Below the pieces are notes generated by a model. The model made no database searches and was not told the DNA's origin. It worked only from the letters and a program-made list of their open reading frames with translations. Below are positions 30,248 to 38,375 of a DNA stretch of 48,704 nt, in pieces. Source of the DNA: an uncultured Desulfobacterales bacterium. GTDB lineage: Bacteria > Desulfobacterota > Desulfobacteria > Desulfobacterales > SURF-7. Position numbers and translations under genes: made by a program. The stretch is from the NCBI GenBank assembly GCA_964617785.1, contig CAZTYY010000002.1, positions 1 to 48,704 of the forward strand, written 5' to 3'. Every line of letters starts with the position of its first letter. Position 1 is the first letter of the stretch.

Positions 30248-31627
30248 TCATTTACTTTTTTTGCTTATTACCACATCATCACGCCATGGTTTTTTACCTT
30301 TATAACGAGCCAGATGATCCTTTCCTTTTGAAAGCGCTTTTTTCAAGCCAGCCCTCTTAAACAGGACATTCGCTTTTTTCTGAGTCGAAATCGCCTCGTC
30401 AAACTTGCCTATTTCAGCATAAGAAGCTGCCAGTGTATCGAGTTTAAACGCATCGGGTTTTAGGATAACCGCTTTTAATGCAAAGCTAAGCGCTTTTTTA
30501 CCGTCACGACTCTTATCCAAAGGGCATGTGGCAAGAATCCACGCAAGGCTGTTATGAGCGTCGGCATTTTTCGGATTTAGTTCCAAAGCCTTTGTGTAGT
30601 CTTTAACTGCACTCTCGAACTGTCCTTTATTTTTCCATGCAATGCCACGGTTGGTATACGCATTAACATATTCGGGCGATATTTCAATCGCTTTTGTAAA
30701 ATCTTCAATGGCTTTATCAAACTCTTTACCGACAAAATATGCAATTCCCCGACTGTTATATGCTTTTATAATTCGGGGGTTTGCAATAATCGCTTTTGTA
30801 AAATCTTCTATTGCTTGCCCCCGATCTCCTTTTTTATACCACACAATTCCACGACTGTTGTAGGTTTCAGCATCACTCGGATCAATTTCAAGTGATTTTG
30901 AAAAGTCGGTAATTGCCTTATTGTAGTTTGCCAGACGATAGTGGATTATTCCGCGTCCGGTGTATGCCCGCGCAAAAGAAGGATTAATCTTGATGGCTGT
31001 GGTGAAATCAGCAATCGCCTTTTCGTATTCACCCATGTCCCCGTTTGCAAGTCCACGACTGTTATAGACCGTTGCATTATAGGGATTCATTCTAATGGCT
31101 ATGCTGTAATCAGAAATTGCCCTGTTGTAATCACCGCTGTGTTTCCACCCAATGCCGCGGCTGTGAAATGAAGAGGAAAGAATCGGATTTGCAATTTTGA
31201 TGATTGCATTAAAATCAGCAATTGCGCTATTAAAATCCCCTGCCATAAAACTTGTAATTCCATGATTGTTCAATGCGTCAATATCCCTTGGGTTAATTTC
31301 AATGGCTTTTAAAAAGTCGGTAATGGCAAGTACAAATTCACCTTTACTTTTCCATGCAATGCCGCGGCTGTTATATGCATCGGCAAAATGCGGCTCTATT
31401 TCAATAGCCTTGGTAAACGCCTCTATGGCCTTATCATAAACCTTTGATTCAAGGAAGGCTTGCCCCCGGTCATACCAATCGCCCGCATTTAAAGTAATTT
31501 CCTTTTTATCTTCGTTATCTTCTGAAACAGGCTGTTTTTCAACGCCTGTGCTGCAGGCAAAAAATCCGCAAAAAATGCTTGTCAAATAAACAATCGAAAT
31601 CAGTGAAACAATGCGATTTTTTTTCAT
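30248..31627 (-). CDS. Secreted/lipoprotein TPR-repeat protein (about 11 TPR units)
   Basis: 459 aa. Signal peptide ending FFAC. Repeated 34-aa units with the recurring A(Y)NSRG(I/L)A(W/Y)...G(D/E)...A(I)xD(F/Y)xKAIEI(N/D)P. Confidence 0.85.
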   Translation of the reverse strand: MKKNRIVSLISIVYLTSIFCGFFACSTGVEKQPVSEDNEDKKEITLNAGDWYDRGQAFLESKVYDKAIEAFTKAIEIEPHFADAYNSRGIAWKSKGEFVLAITDFLKAIEINPRDIDALNNHGITSFMAGDFNSAIADFNAIIKIANPILSSSFHSRGIGWKHSGDYNRAISDYSIAIRMNPYNATVYNSRGLANGDMGEYEKAIADFTTAIKINPSFARAYTGRGIIHYRLANYNKAITDFSKSLEIDPSDAETYNSRGIVWYKKGDRGQAIEDFTKAIIANPRIIKAYNSRGIAYFVGKEFDKAIEDFTKAIEISPEYVNAYTNRGIAWKNKGQFESAVKDYTKALELNPKNADAHNSLAWILATCPLDKSRDGKKALSFALKAVILKPDAFKLDTLAASYAEIGKFDEAISTQKKANVLFKRAGLKKALSKGKDHLARYKGKKPWRDDVVISKKSK

Positions 31628-31851
31628 TTCACACCTTCCATTACTTTAACACGTCTTTCATACCCCGTTTTTTGTATATTGTAACATATAGAATAGACTT
31701 GCAAAATTAAAAGTTCAAGCCTTTTCTTCCAATGGAGTCGGCTCAAAGACTTTATTAGGTATATTGCATACTCATTCCATACCTAATAATTCATGGTTGA
31801 ATTTTTTCTGGAATGCTTTACAGTATCAATATCGATGGAGCTTATTAATAC

Positions 31852-32841
31852 ATGAATGCAAAAAAACCAACATACGACGAACTGATACAGAGAGTCAAAG
31901 ACCATGAAAAAGCGTCATCCTCTCACAGGAAAACAAAAAACGCTCTTTTCGAAAGCGAAGAGAAATACCGCAATATACTTGAAAACATTCAGGATGGATA
32001 CTGCGAGTTGAATCTAAGAGGCCATTTTATTTTTGTTAATGATTACATGTTCAATATTTTGGGTTACTCCACGGATGTACTTTTAACTATGCGGGCATGG
32101 GATGTCATGGACGAAGAGAACTCTAACAAAGTATATAAATCTTTCAATGAGGTATTCGGAACCGGCATTCCATCAAAAGGTTTTGACTATGAAATCAATA
32201 GAAAGAACGGGGAGAAAAGACAAATTGAAGTTTCCGCTTCACTGATCATAGATGATGACGAAAAACCCATCGGGTTTAGAAGTATTGTCCGTGATATCAC
32301 AGAACGAAAAAATGTTGAAAAAGCGCTCCGGAAAGCCCGGGATGAACTTGAACTACGCGTCAAAGAAAGAACATTTGAACTGGATGAAATAAATAAAAAA
32401 CTTGAAGTTAAAACAATTAATCTGGAAGAGACGAATACAGCATTGCGCGTTTTGCTGAAAAGAAAGGAAGAGACAAAAAAAGAACTCGAGGAAAAGGTTT
32501 TGCTAAATATTAAGGATCTGGTTATCCCGGTCCTTCTAAAGCTCAAAGCTGCTGCTGGTCTTGACCAAAAACAGGATGCATATATTACGGTTATGAAAAA
32601 CACATTGAATGATATCATTTCCGGATTTACGCGAAGCCTGTCTTCCAGGCAATACTGTCTCACTCCCACCGAATTACAGATTGCTTCCCTGATTCGACAG
32701 GGTAGACCTACAAAAGATATTGCCGCTTTTATGAATCTGTCGGGAAAAACAATTGAAACTCACAGAAGAAATATTAGAGGCAAAATAGGCATAAAAAACC
32801 AAAAAATTAATTTAAGAACGCATTTAATTACAATGAATTAA
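31852..32841 (+). CDS. PAS-domain / coiled-coil / LuxR-type HTH transcriptional regulator
   Basis: 329 aa. PAS block (YRNILENIQDGYCELNLRGHFIFVND...ITERK), a heptad-rich linker, and a C-terminal GerE/LuxR HTH (LTPTELQIASLIRQGRPTKDIAAFMNLSGKTIETHRRNIRGKIG). Confidence 0.85.
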   Translation: MNAKKPTYDELIQRVKDHEKASSSHRKTKNALFESEEKYRNILENIQDGYCELNLRGHFIFVNDYMFNILGYSTDVLLTMRAWDVMDEENSNKVYKSFNEVFGTGIPSKGFDYEINRKNGEKRQIEVSASLIIDDDEKPIGFRSIVRDITERKNVEKALRKARDELELRVKERTFELDEINKKLEVKTINLEETNTALRVLLKRKEETKKELEEKVLLNIKDLVIPVLLKLKAAAGLDQKQDAYITVMKNTLNDIISGFTRSLSSRQYCLTPTELQIASLIRQGRPTKDIAAFMNLSGKTIETHRRNIRGKIGIKNQKINLRTHLITMN

Positions 32842-32854
32842 AAAGGAGTATATT

Positions 32855-34552
32855 ATGACCATCCTCAATCCCAAAAAAAACAAATATGAACACCTTGATG
32901 AAAAATCAAGGGAGATCATGCTCAAAACGATAAATTTCTTTGAAACAAAAGGGAAGCAAAAACTGAAGGAAGATTATGAAAACAGGGTATGGTACACCGA
33001 TTTTATCGAGTTTATAAAAAAAGAAAGAATATTCTCAACATTATTGACCCCTTCTGAATACGGAGACGAAGATACCCGATGGGACACCTTTAGAAACTGT
33101 GATTTTAATGAAATCCTCGGTTTTTACGGATTACCGTACTGGTATACATGGCAGGTTTCCATACTGGGACTCGGTCCAATCTGGATGGGCAAAAATGAAG
33201 AAGTTAAAAAGAAAACAGCTCAACTCCTTAAGGATGGTGGTATCTTTGCCTTTGGCCTTTCCGAAAAAGAACATGGTGCAGACCTTTATTCGAGTGATAT
33301 GGCGTTGACACCACTCGGGGACGGCAAATACGTCGCCGACGGCGGCAAATACTATATCGGAAATGCAAATGAGGCTGCCCTTGTATCAACTTTTGCAAAA
33401 GATACTGAAACCGATGAATATGTCTTCTTTGCCGTAGATTCAAAGCATGAAAATTTTGAATGCGTTAAAAATATTTGTAACTCCCAGAACTATGTCGCTG
33501 AATACGCACTCCACAGTTACCCGATTACAGAAGCAGACATACTGACAAAAGGAAGTGAAGCATGGGACTCGGCACTTAACACCATAAATGTCGGCAAATA
33601 TAACCTTGGCTGGGCATCCATCGGCATCTGTTCACACGCATTTTACGAAGCCATAACACATGCTGCAAGCCGCAAACTGTTTAACCATTATGTTACTGAT
33701 TTTCCACATATCAGGCAGTTGTTCACCGATTCATTTGCACGCATCTGCGCAATGAAATTATTTGCTTTAAGAAATTCCGACTATATGAAATCCGCATCTT
33801 CGGAAGACAGGCGATATCTTCTTTATAATCCCATAACAAAAATGAAGGTAACAACGCAGGGTGAAGAAGTGGTAGACCTTCTCTGGGATGTTATTGCCGC
33901 CAAAGGGTTTGAAAAGGATATGTATTTTGAAATGGCTGCCATGGAAATCAGGGCGCTTCCAAAGCTTGAAGGAACCGTACATGTGAACATGGCCCTGATT
34001 GTGAAGTTTATGGCAAACTTTTTTTTCAACCCCGGAGAATTCCCTGAAATACCAAAAAGAGATGACCCGTCCAACGATGACTTTCTCTTTAAACAGGGCC
34101 CGACAAAAGGTCTTGGCAAAATTCAGTTCCACGACCCCTCAATAGCATACAACAGTGTCGATCTTCCGAATATCAATATCTTCAAAGAACAGATAGAAGT
34201 GTTCAAGGAACTTCTAATGCAGGCCCCGCCTGACAAAGAACAGATAAAGGATATTGATTTTCTTTTAATCATGGGAGAGCTTTTCACCCTAGTTCCTTAC
34301 GGGCAATTGATTATCGAAAATTCTAAAATCCTGGATATCGAAGATGATCTTCTCGATCAAATTTTTGATTTTATTATCAGGGATTTTTCAAAGTTTGCAC
34401 TCCAGCTTTATTCCAAAACAAGCAGCACGGATAAGCAAATGGAAATCTGTATGAAGATAATCAGAAAACCTGCGATCAATAAAGAAAGATTTAACAGGGT
34501 TTGGGAAAAATACGTCTATTCGCTGAACAAAGCATACGAAATGTCAGCTTAG
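32855..34552 (+). CDS. Long-form acyl-CoA dehydrogenase family protein
   Basis: 565 aa. ACAD-like middle and C-terminal domains (FAFGLSEKEHGADL, GGKYYIGNA, NVGKYNLGWASIG, catalytic-base context LPKLEGTVHVN). Starts 13 nt after the regulator with an AAGGAG RBS. Confidence 0.78.
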   Translation: MTILNPKKNKYEHLDEKSREIMLKTINFFETKGKQKLKEDYENRVWYTDFIEFIKKERIFSTLLTPSEYGDEDTRWDTFRNCDFNEILGFYGLPYWYTWQVSILGLGPIWMGKNEEVKKKTAQLLKDGGIFAFGLSEKEHGADLYSSDMALTPLGDGKYVADGGKYYIGNANEAALVSTFAKDTETDEYVFFAVDSKHENFECVKNICNSQNYVAEYALHSYPITEADILTKGSEAWDSALNTINVGKYNLGWASIGICSHAFYEAITHAASRKLFNHYVTDFPHIRQLFTDSFARICAMKLFALRNSDYMKSASSEDRRYLLYNPITKMKVTTQGEEVVDLLWDVIAAKGFEKDMYFEMAAMEIRALPKLEGTVHVNMALIVKFMANFFFNPGEFPEIPKRDDPSNDDFLFKQGPTKGLGKIQFHDPSIAYNSVDLPNINIFKEQIEVFKELLMQAPPDKEQIKDIDFLLIMGELFTLVPYGQLIIENSKILDIEDDLLDQIFDFIIRDFSKFALQLYSKTSSTDKQMEICMKIIRKPAINKERFNRVWEKYVYSLNKAYEMSA

Positions 34553-34577
34553 GGTTCGCGAAAAAATAAATTTGCAT

Positions 34578-34607
34578 TGTAGAGACGTTGCATGCAACGT
34601 CTCTACA
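34578..34607. terminator. Perfect 30-nt palindrome between convergent genes (candidate bidirectional terminator hairpin)
   Basis: TGTAGAGACGTTGCA|TGCAACGTCTCTACA, fully self-complementary. It sits between the ACAD stop (34552) and the Fe-S gene stop (34618). An A-run on the left gives a U-tract for the minus-strand transcript. Confidence 0.5.
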
Positions 34608-34617
34608 CAAACACCGG

Positions 34618-35613
34618 TTAGCCGGGAATAAAATCAGGCGTTCTGACTTCAATCATTGTTATGGCTTCTTCGGGGCATCCAATGGCACACTGTCCACAAC
34701 CAAGGCATTTTTCAGCATCAACTTCAGCAATATCATTGTCACCTACTTTAATTGTATCAAACCAGCATCGGTCTTCACATGTTCCGCAGGCCAAGCAGAG
34801 CTCAACATCTATTTCCGGTTTATAACGGCTTGGATCACACAGATTGACACCGTCTGAAATCAAAAGTGAAAAAGCCTGGCAGCAGCATCCGCAGCAGTTG
34901 CATATAAAATGACCGGCATCGGTCTTGTTCATGGTCACATGAATAAGTCCTGCCTCCTGAACTTTTTCGATTACTTCCAGGGCTTCGTCTTTTGTCAGTT
35001 CGCGGCCCGACCCTCTGTCTATGGTATAGTCCGCGCCCCTGTTGATCTGAAGACAGACTTCAATGGGCGCATCACACTTTTTCATGGATAGTCTGCATGT
35101 ACACTTTGCGACAGCAATCCGGTCCGCACCCTTAATAAGCTCTTTGATGCTGTCCGGGGCAAGCACCTGTGCCTTGCCGGCGTCAATCGATTTGTTGACA
35201 GGAAGCACCCGTGTAAACGGTCTTGGTAAAAACTGCGTAAGCTGGGGGGCGAGAAGAGGCCATTCTTTTTCCATATACTGCCGCCACAAATCGATGAACT
35301 CGTCTGTTGCTTCCGGCCACACCAGTGTTGCATCATGGAACTGGATCAGATGAGCCGGTGCGCGCCAAATCGTATCGCCGTCCTTTTCCTTCTTGAATGT
35401 AAGTCCCATCCTGAACATTCTCTTCAGATCGGCATCTACCGCTGTCTCATCTCTACTCATCTTTTCAGCCATCTGTGATGCAGTTCCCGGCAGCGACACC
35501 AACAAATCGGCCTGCTCGTCAGTAATGATCGACTTAAGTATCTTGGGAATAAATTCCGAGTCCTTATCCAGCATCATTTCAGCAAACTTTGTATATGCAT
35601 TCGTTTCTGTCAT
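34618..35613 (-). CDS. Cys-rich Fe-S protein: helical N-domain, CxCR...C...C and CxCCxCCC motifs, plus C-terminal 2x[4Fe-4S] ferredoxin domain
   Basis: 331 aa. KCTCRLSMKKCDAPIEVC, ICNCCGCCCQ, CLACGTCEDRC, CLGCGQCAIGCP. Confidence 0.75.
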   Translation of the reverse strand: MTETNAYTKFAEMMLDKDSEFIPKILKSIITDEQADLLVSLPGTASQMAEKMSRDETAVDADLKRMFRMGLTFKKEKDGDTIWRAPAHLIQFHDATLVWPEATDEFIDLWRQYMEKEWPLLAPQLTQFLPRPFTRVLPVNKSIDAGKAQVLAPDSIKELIKGADRIAVAKCTCRLSMKKCDAPIEVCLQINRGADYTIDRGSGRELTKDEALEVIEKVQEAGLIHVTMNKTDAGHFICNCCGCCCQAFSLLISDGVNLCDPSRYKPEIDVELCLACGTCEDRCWFDTIKVGDNDIAEVDAEKCLGCGQCAIGCPEEAITMIEVRTPDFIPG

Positions 35614-35705
35614 CAGGTTCCTCCTTTTTATCAGGTTTTCGAATAAACTGTAAAAGAATCAAATAGCCGTGTCAATCTGATTCAAATCCGATTCAAATTA
35701 AAGAT

Positions 35706-35735
35706 CTATATTAAAGTTCTATATTAAAGTTCTAA
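35706..35735. repeat. 13-bp tandem duplication spanning the stop codon of the 287-aa Fe-S gene
   Basis: TCTATATTAAAGT occurs twice (35706-35718, 35719-35731), followed by a partial TCTA. An adjacent GATTCAAAT x2 direct repeat lies at about 35673-35697. Confidence 0.6.
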
Positions 35736-36587
35736 GGAAAAATCTTCAAAATAATCCTTAATATCATTTTTTATATTACCCTCAGGTATTATTTCCACTG
35801 CTGATACCGGACAATGAATAGAACATAATCCACACCCGAGGCATTTGTCCGACACACTCGGCACTTCCCCATCCAGGGATATGGCGTTTATCGAACATAC
35901 ATCAAGGCAAATGCCGCAACTGTTGCATTGATTGTTAATAGTTGCCTTCCAGCCAACCGACCGCAGGCGACGCTGGATATCACTGGGAGCCTGTTTAAAA
36001 TATCGCAGCGAAGCACAACAACATGGACAGCAGAAACATATTTCAAGAAAACGATGTAGATTCTCTTTTTTAAAACCCCAGACAAACTCTTCGGCCTCAA
36101 TCCAGATACACTGACCGATTAATCCAAGGCTTGCAGCTTTATTTATATGTTCAATGGCCTCCTCAACATTCGCTTCTCTTGCGATCCCCCTTTCTTCAAC
36201 AACCCGCGAGCCTTCTCCGATAAATATACATCCAATTGTCGTCGGATAGTCGGAACATTTTGCTCCGTCACGGCAAATACATTTGTGCATGATGGCTCGA
36301 TATGTTGACTCTTTAACAGCTTTTCGCATGATATCAATAGGGAGAACTACATTTTGTGCTTTTGGGGCCAGGTTTTTATTAATATTTAAAATATACCCCT
36401 GGGTAAAATTTTTATCCGGCCTGTCCATTTTCGAAATTCTTTTTAACAGGCCGCCTATCACCGGATAGTGATAGAATTTTCCGGATTTTGCAGCCAGTTG
36501 AAAAATTCTCGCAAATATGTCCCAGTTCTTTTCGTTGATCGCATATTTTTTTTTGAGCCAGGTATTTAAGTCTAATTTTAACGGCAT
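35724..36587 (-). CDS. Cys-rich Fe-S protein, paralogue of the 34618-35613 product
   Basis: 287 aa with the same cysteine architecture: KCICRDGAKCSDYPTTIGC, ICFCCPCCCAS, CNSCGICLDVC, CLGCGLCSIHCP. Confidence 0.75.
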   Translation of the reverse strand: MPLKLDLNTWLKKKYAINEKNWDIFARIFQLAAKSGKFYHYPVIGGLLKRISKMDRPDKNFTQGYILNINKNLAPKAQNVVLPIDIMRKAVKESTYRAIMHKCICRDGAKCSDYPTTIGCIFIGEGSRVVEERGIAREANVEEAIEHINKAASLGLIGQCIWIEAEEFVWGFKKENLHRFLEICFCCPCCCASLRYFKQAPSDIQRRLRSVGWKATINNQCNSCGICLDVCSINAISLDGEVPSVSDKCLGCGLCSIHCPVSAVEIIPEGNIKNDIKDYFEDFSLEL

Positions 36588-36756
36588 CCCTTTTCCTCTT
36601 TTAATCCAGCAGATTTGATAAAATTCAAGTTATTTTTTTTAACTTACATTAATTTTAATAAAGTCATATCCAATTTACAACAAACTTTAAAAAACCATTG
36701 GTGATTTTTCAGCCGCTCCTGTTTTCCCATGGTCTTTTCTCCGAATAAGTCCTGCT

Positions 36757-36918
36757 TTACAGGATTTCGCTCTCTTTCTGACTCGCCAAGCGCCGAATCG
36801 TTTGTCCAAGATATTTACGTAATTGACCAAATATTGCTTTCTTTCGATACTTTGGTATCCATATGATATGGTACTTGCATTCCCACCTTGTATGATTTAA
36901 ACTGTTTTTTACTTTCAT
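36757..36918 (-). mobile_element. tnpA: Truncated IS200/IS605-family tnpA (Y1/HuH transposase) remnant
   Basis: Manual minus-strand translation: MKVKNSLNHTRWECKYHIIWIPKYRKKAIFGQLRKYLGQTIRRLASQKESEIL*. It matches the conserved IS200 TnpA N-terminus (HTRWxCKYHIxxxPKYRxxxxYG). It stops before the HuH motif and no continuation is seen in any frame. It is below the ORF-track length cutoff. Confidence 0.7.
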
Positions 36919-37008
36919 AAAACTTCTTCTCTTGTGTGCTTTGAGCGATTCACTTTTGGAGAAGCTTTATTATATTCCCGTAAATGTCAATATGAAGAAT
37001 CGGAACAA

Positions 37009-37488
37009 ATGGTTAAGGTGTTGGAAAAGAAATCCAAAAGACATCTTGAAGGTAGAGCAGAAAAAACGTTGAAGGAAAGCGTAAAATTAAATGAACTTCC
37101 TTTTGGCACAGAAACGATCCTTCTTGTTGATGATGAAATATCCCTCTTGGATGTAATAAGACTGATGTTGGAGCGACTTGGGTATAATGTTGAAACTAAA
37201 ATGGACCCAACAGAAGCGCTGGAACTGTTTCAAACAAAGCCTGATCATTTTGATATAGTAATAACCGACGTGACAATGCCACAAATGACCGGTATTAAGT
37301 TGTCCGAAAAGCTAATGGAGATTCGCCCTGATATTCCGATAATTGTCTGCACAGGACACAGTCATTTGGTCAATGAAGAAAAAACCAAAGAGGTAGAAAT
37401 AGCCGCTTTTATAAAAAAGCCAATTGCTTTTAAGAATCTAGCAAAAACTGTTCGCAAGGTGTTGGACGCCAAGCCAATTGAGCGATAG
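37009..37488 (+). CDS. Orphan single-domain response-regulator receiver protein
   Basis: Receiver motifs ILLVDDE, DIVITDVTMPQMTG, IIVCTGH, IKKPI; no output domain. Start uncertain (GTG 36934 in the track; ATG 37009 used here). About 30-55 aa of non-receiver leader precede the domain. Confidence 0.75.
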   Translation: MVKVLEKKSKRHLEGRAEKTLKESVKLNELPFGTETILLVDDEISLLDVIRLMLERLGYNVETKMDPTEALELFQTKPDHFDIVITDVTMPQMTGIKLSEKLMEIRPDIPIIVCTGHSHLVNEEKTKEVEIAAFIKKPIAFKNLAKTVRKVLDAKPIER

Positions 37489-37495
37489 CGGTTTC

Positions 37496-37524
37496 TTGAC
37501 ACCTGATATTCTTTTTTTTATATT
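37496..37524 (+). promoter_or_regulatory. Near-consensus sigma70 promoter for the hydrolase-GRE-activase operon
   Basis: TTGACA (37496-37501), a 17-nt T-rich spacer, then TATATT (37519-37524). It lies about 40 nt upstream of the ATG at 37564, which has an AAAGGAG RBS. Confidence 0.55.
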
Positions 37525-37563
37525 CCAAACAGACACACAATTTGTTATTAAAGGAGAAGCCCC

Positions 37564-38352
37564 ATGGCCAATTACTCAGCACTAGATTGCCCGGAAATTC
37601 TTTCCTTCCTTTTTCACCCAAGGCCGGACACCGGCTTTTCAGGAAATGACTCAAATTTTCAAGATTTCTTTATTCAAGTCGAAGACAATATCGACGTTCA
37701 CGCCAGACTTTACCCGGCTGACGTAAACGCTCCCACCATACTCTTTTTTCACGGAAACGGTGAGATTGTTGCTGACTATGAAGACATGGCACCATTATAT
37801 ACAAAAATGGGCATTAATTTTTTTCCAGCAGACTATCGCGGATACGGACGCTCCACAGGTATGCCGACGGTTACCGCTATGATGGAAGACGCCCACAAAA
37901 TTTTTCATTTTGCAAAAAATACGCTGACGGAAAATGGCTATACCGGTCCAGTCATTATCATGGGCAGGTCTCTTGGCAGCGCGCCTGCGCTTGAGCTGGC
38001 CTCCAATTATCAGGACGACATATCTGCCCTGGTTATTGAAAGCGGATTTGCATATGCTCTGCCCCTTCTTAGACTTCTCGGTATTGATGTGGACTCACTG
38101 GGCATTAGCGAAGAAAACGGGCTTCAGAATATCGACAGGGTAAAAAACTTTGAAAAGCCGGCTCTTTTTATTCATGCGGAATTTGATCATATCATCCCTT
38201 TCACCGATGCACTGGCCCTGTATCATGCATGCCCTGCCGAGGATAAAAACCTTTTAAAAATACCAAGGGCCAATCATAACACAATTTTTTCTTATGGAAT
38301 GGACGATTACATGAAAGCTGTTAAAGAGATTTGTTTTAAAAAAGACGAATGA
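37564..38352 (+). CDS. Alpha/beta-fold serine hydrolase (esterase/lipase/peptidase-like)
   Basis: 262 aa. Oxyanion-region HGNGE, nucleophile elbow GRSLGS, acid AEFDHIIP, His in RANHNT. Confidence 0.85.
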   Translation: MANYSALDCPEILSFLFHPRPDTGFSGNDSNFQDFFIQVEDNIDVHARLYPADVNAPTILFFHGNGEIVADYEDMAPLYTKMGINFFPADYRGYGRSTGMPTVTAMMEDAHKIFHFAKNTLTENGYTGPVIIMGRSLGSAPALELASNYQDDISALVIESGFAYALPLLRLLGIDVDSLGISEENGLQNIDRVKNFEKPALFIHAEFDHIIPFTDALALYHACPAEDKNLLKIPRANHNTIFSYGMDDYMKAVKEICFKKDE

Positions 38353-38375
38353 CCGAATAGAAGAAAGGAATAAAA

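Noticed and set aside
30248-31627. About 102-bp periodic DNA similarity as a non-coding repeat element
   Set aside because: The periodicity equals the 34-aa TPR unit of an intact ORF, so it is explained by coding repeats.
36934-37008. Leader of the receiver ORF as a recognisable HATPase remnant of a truncated hybrid kinase
   Set aside because: Only the linker just before the receiver resembles hybrid-kinase linkers, and no ATPase motif (G-box) could be recognised. Kept only as a hypothesis within the IS-remnant finding.
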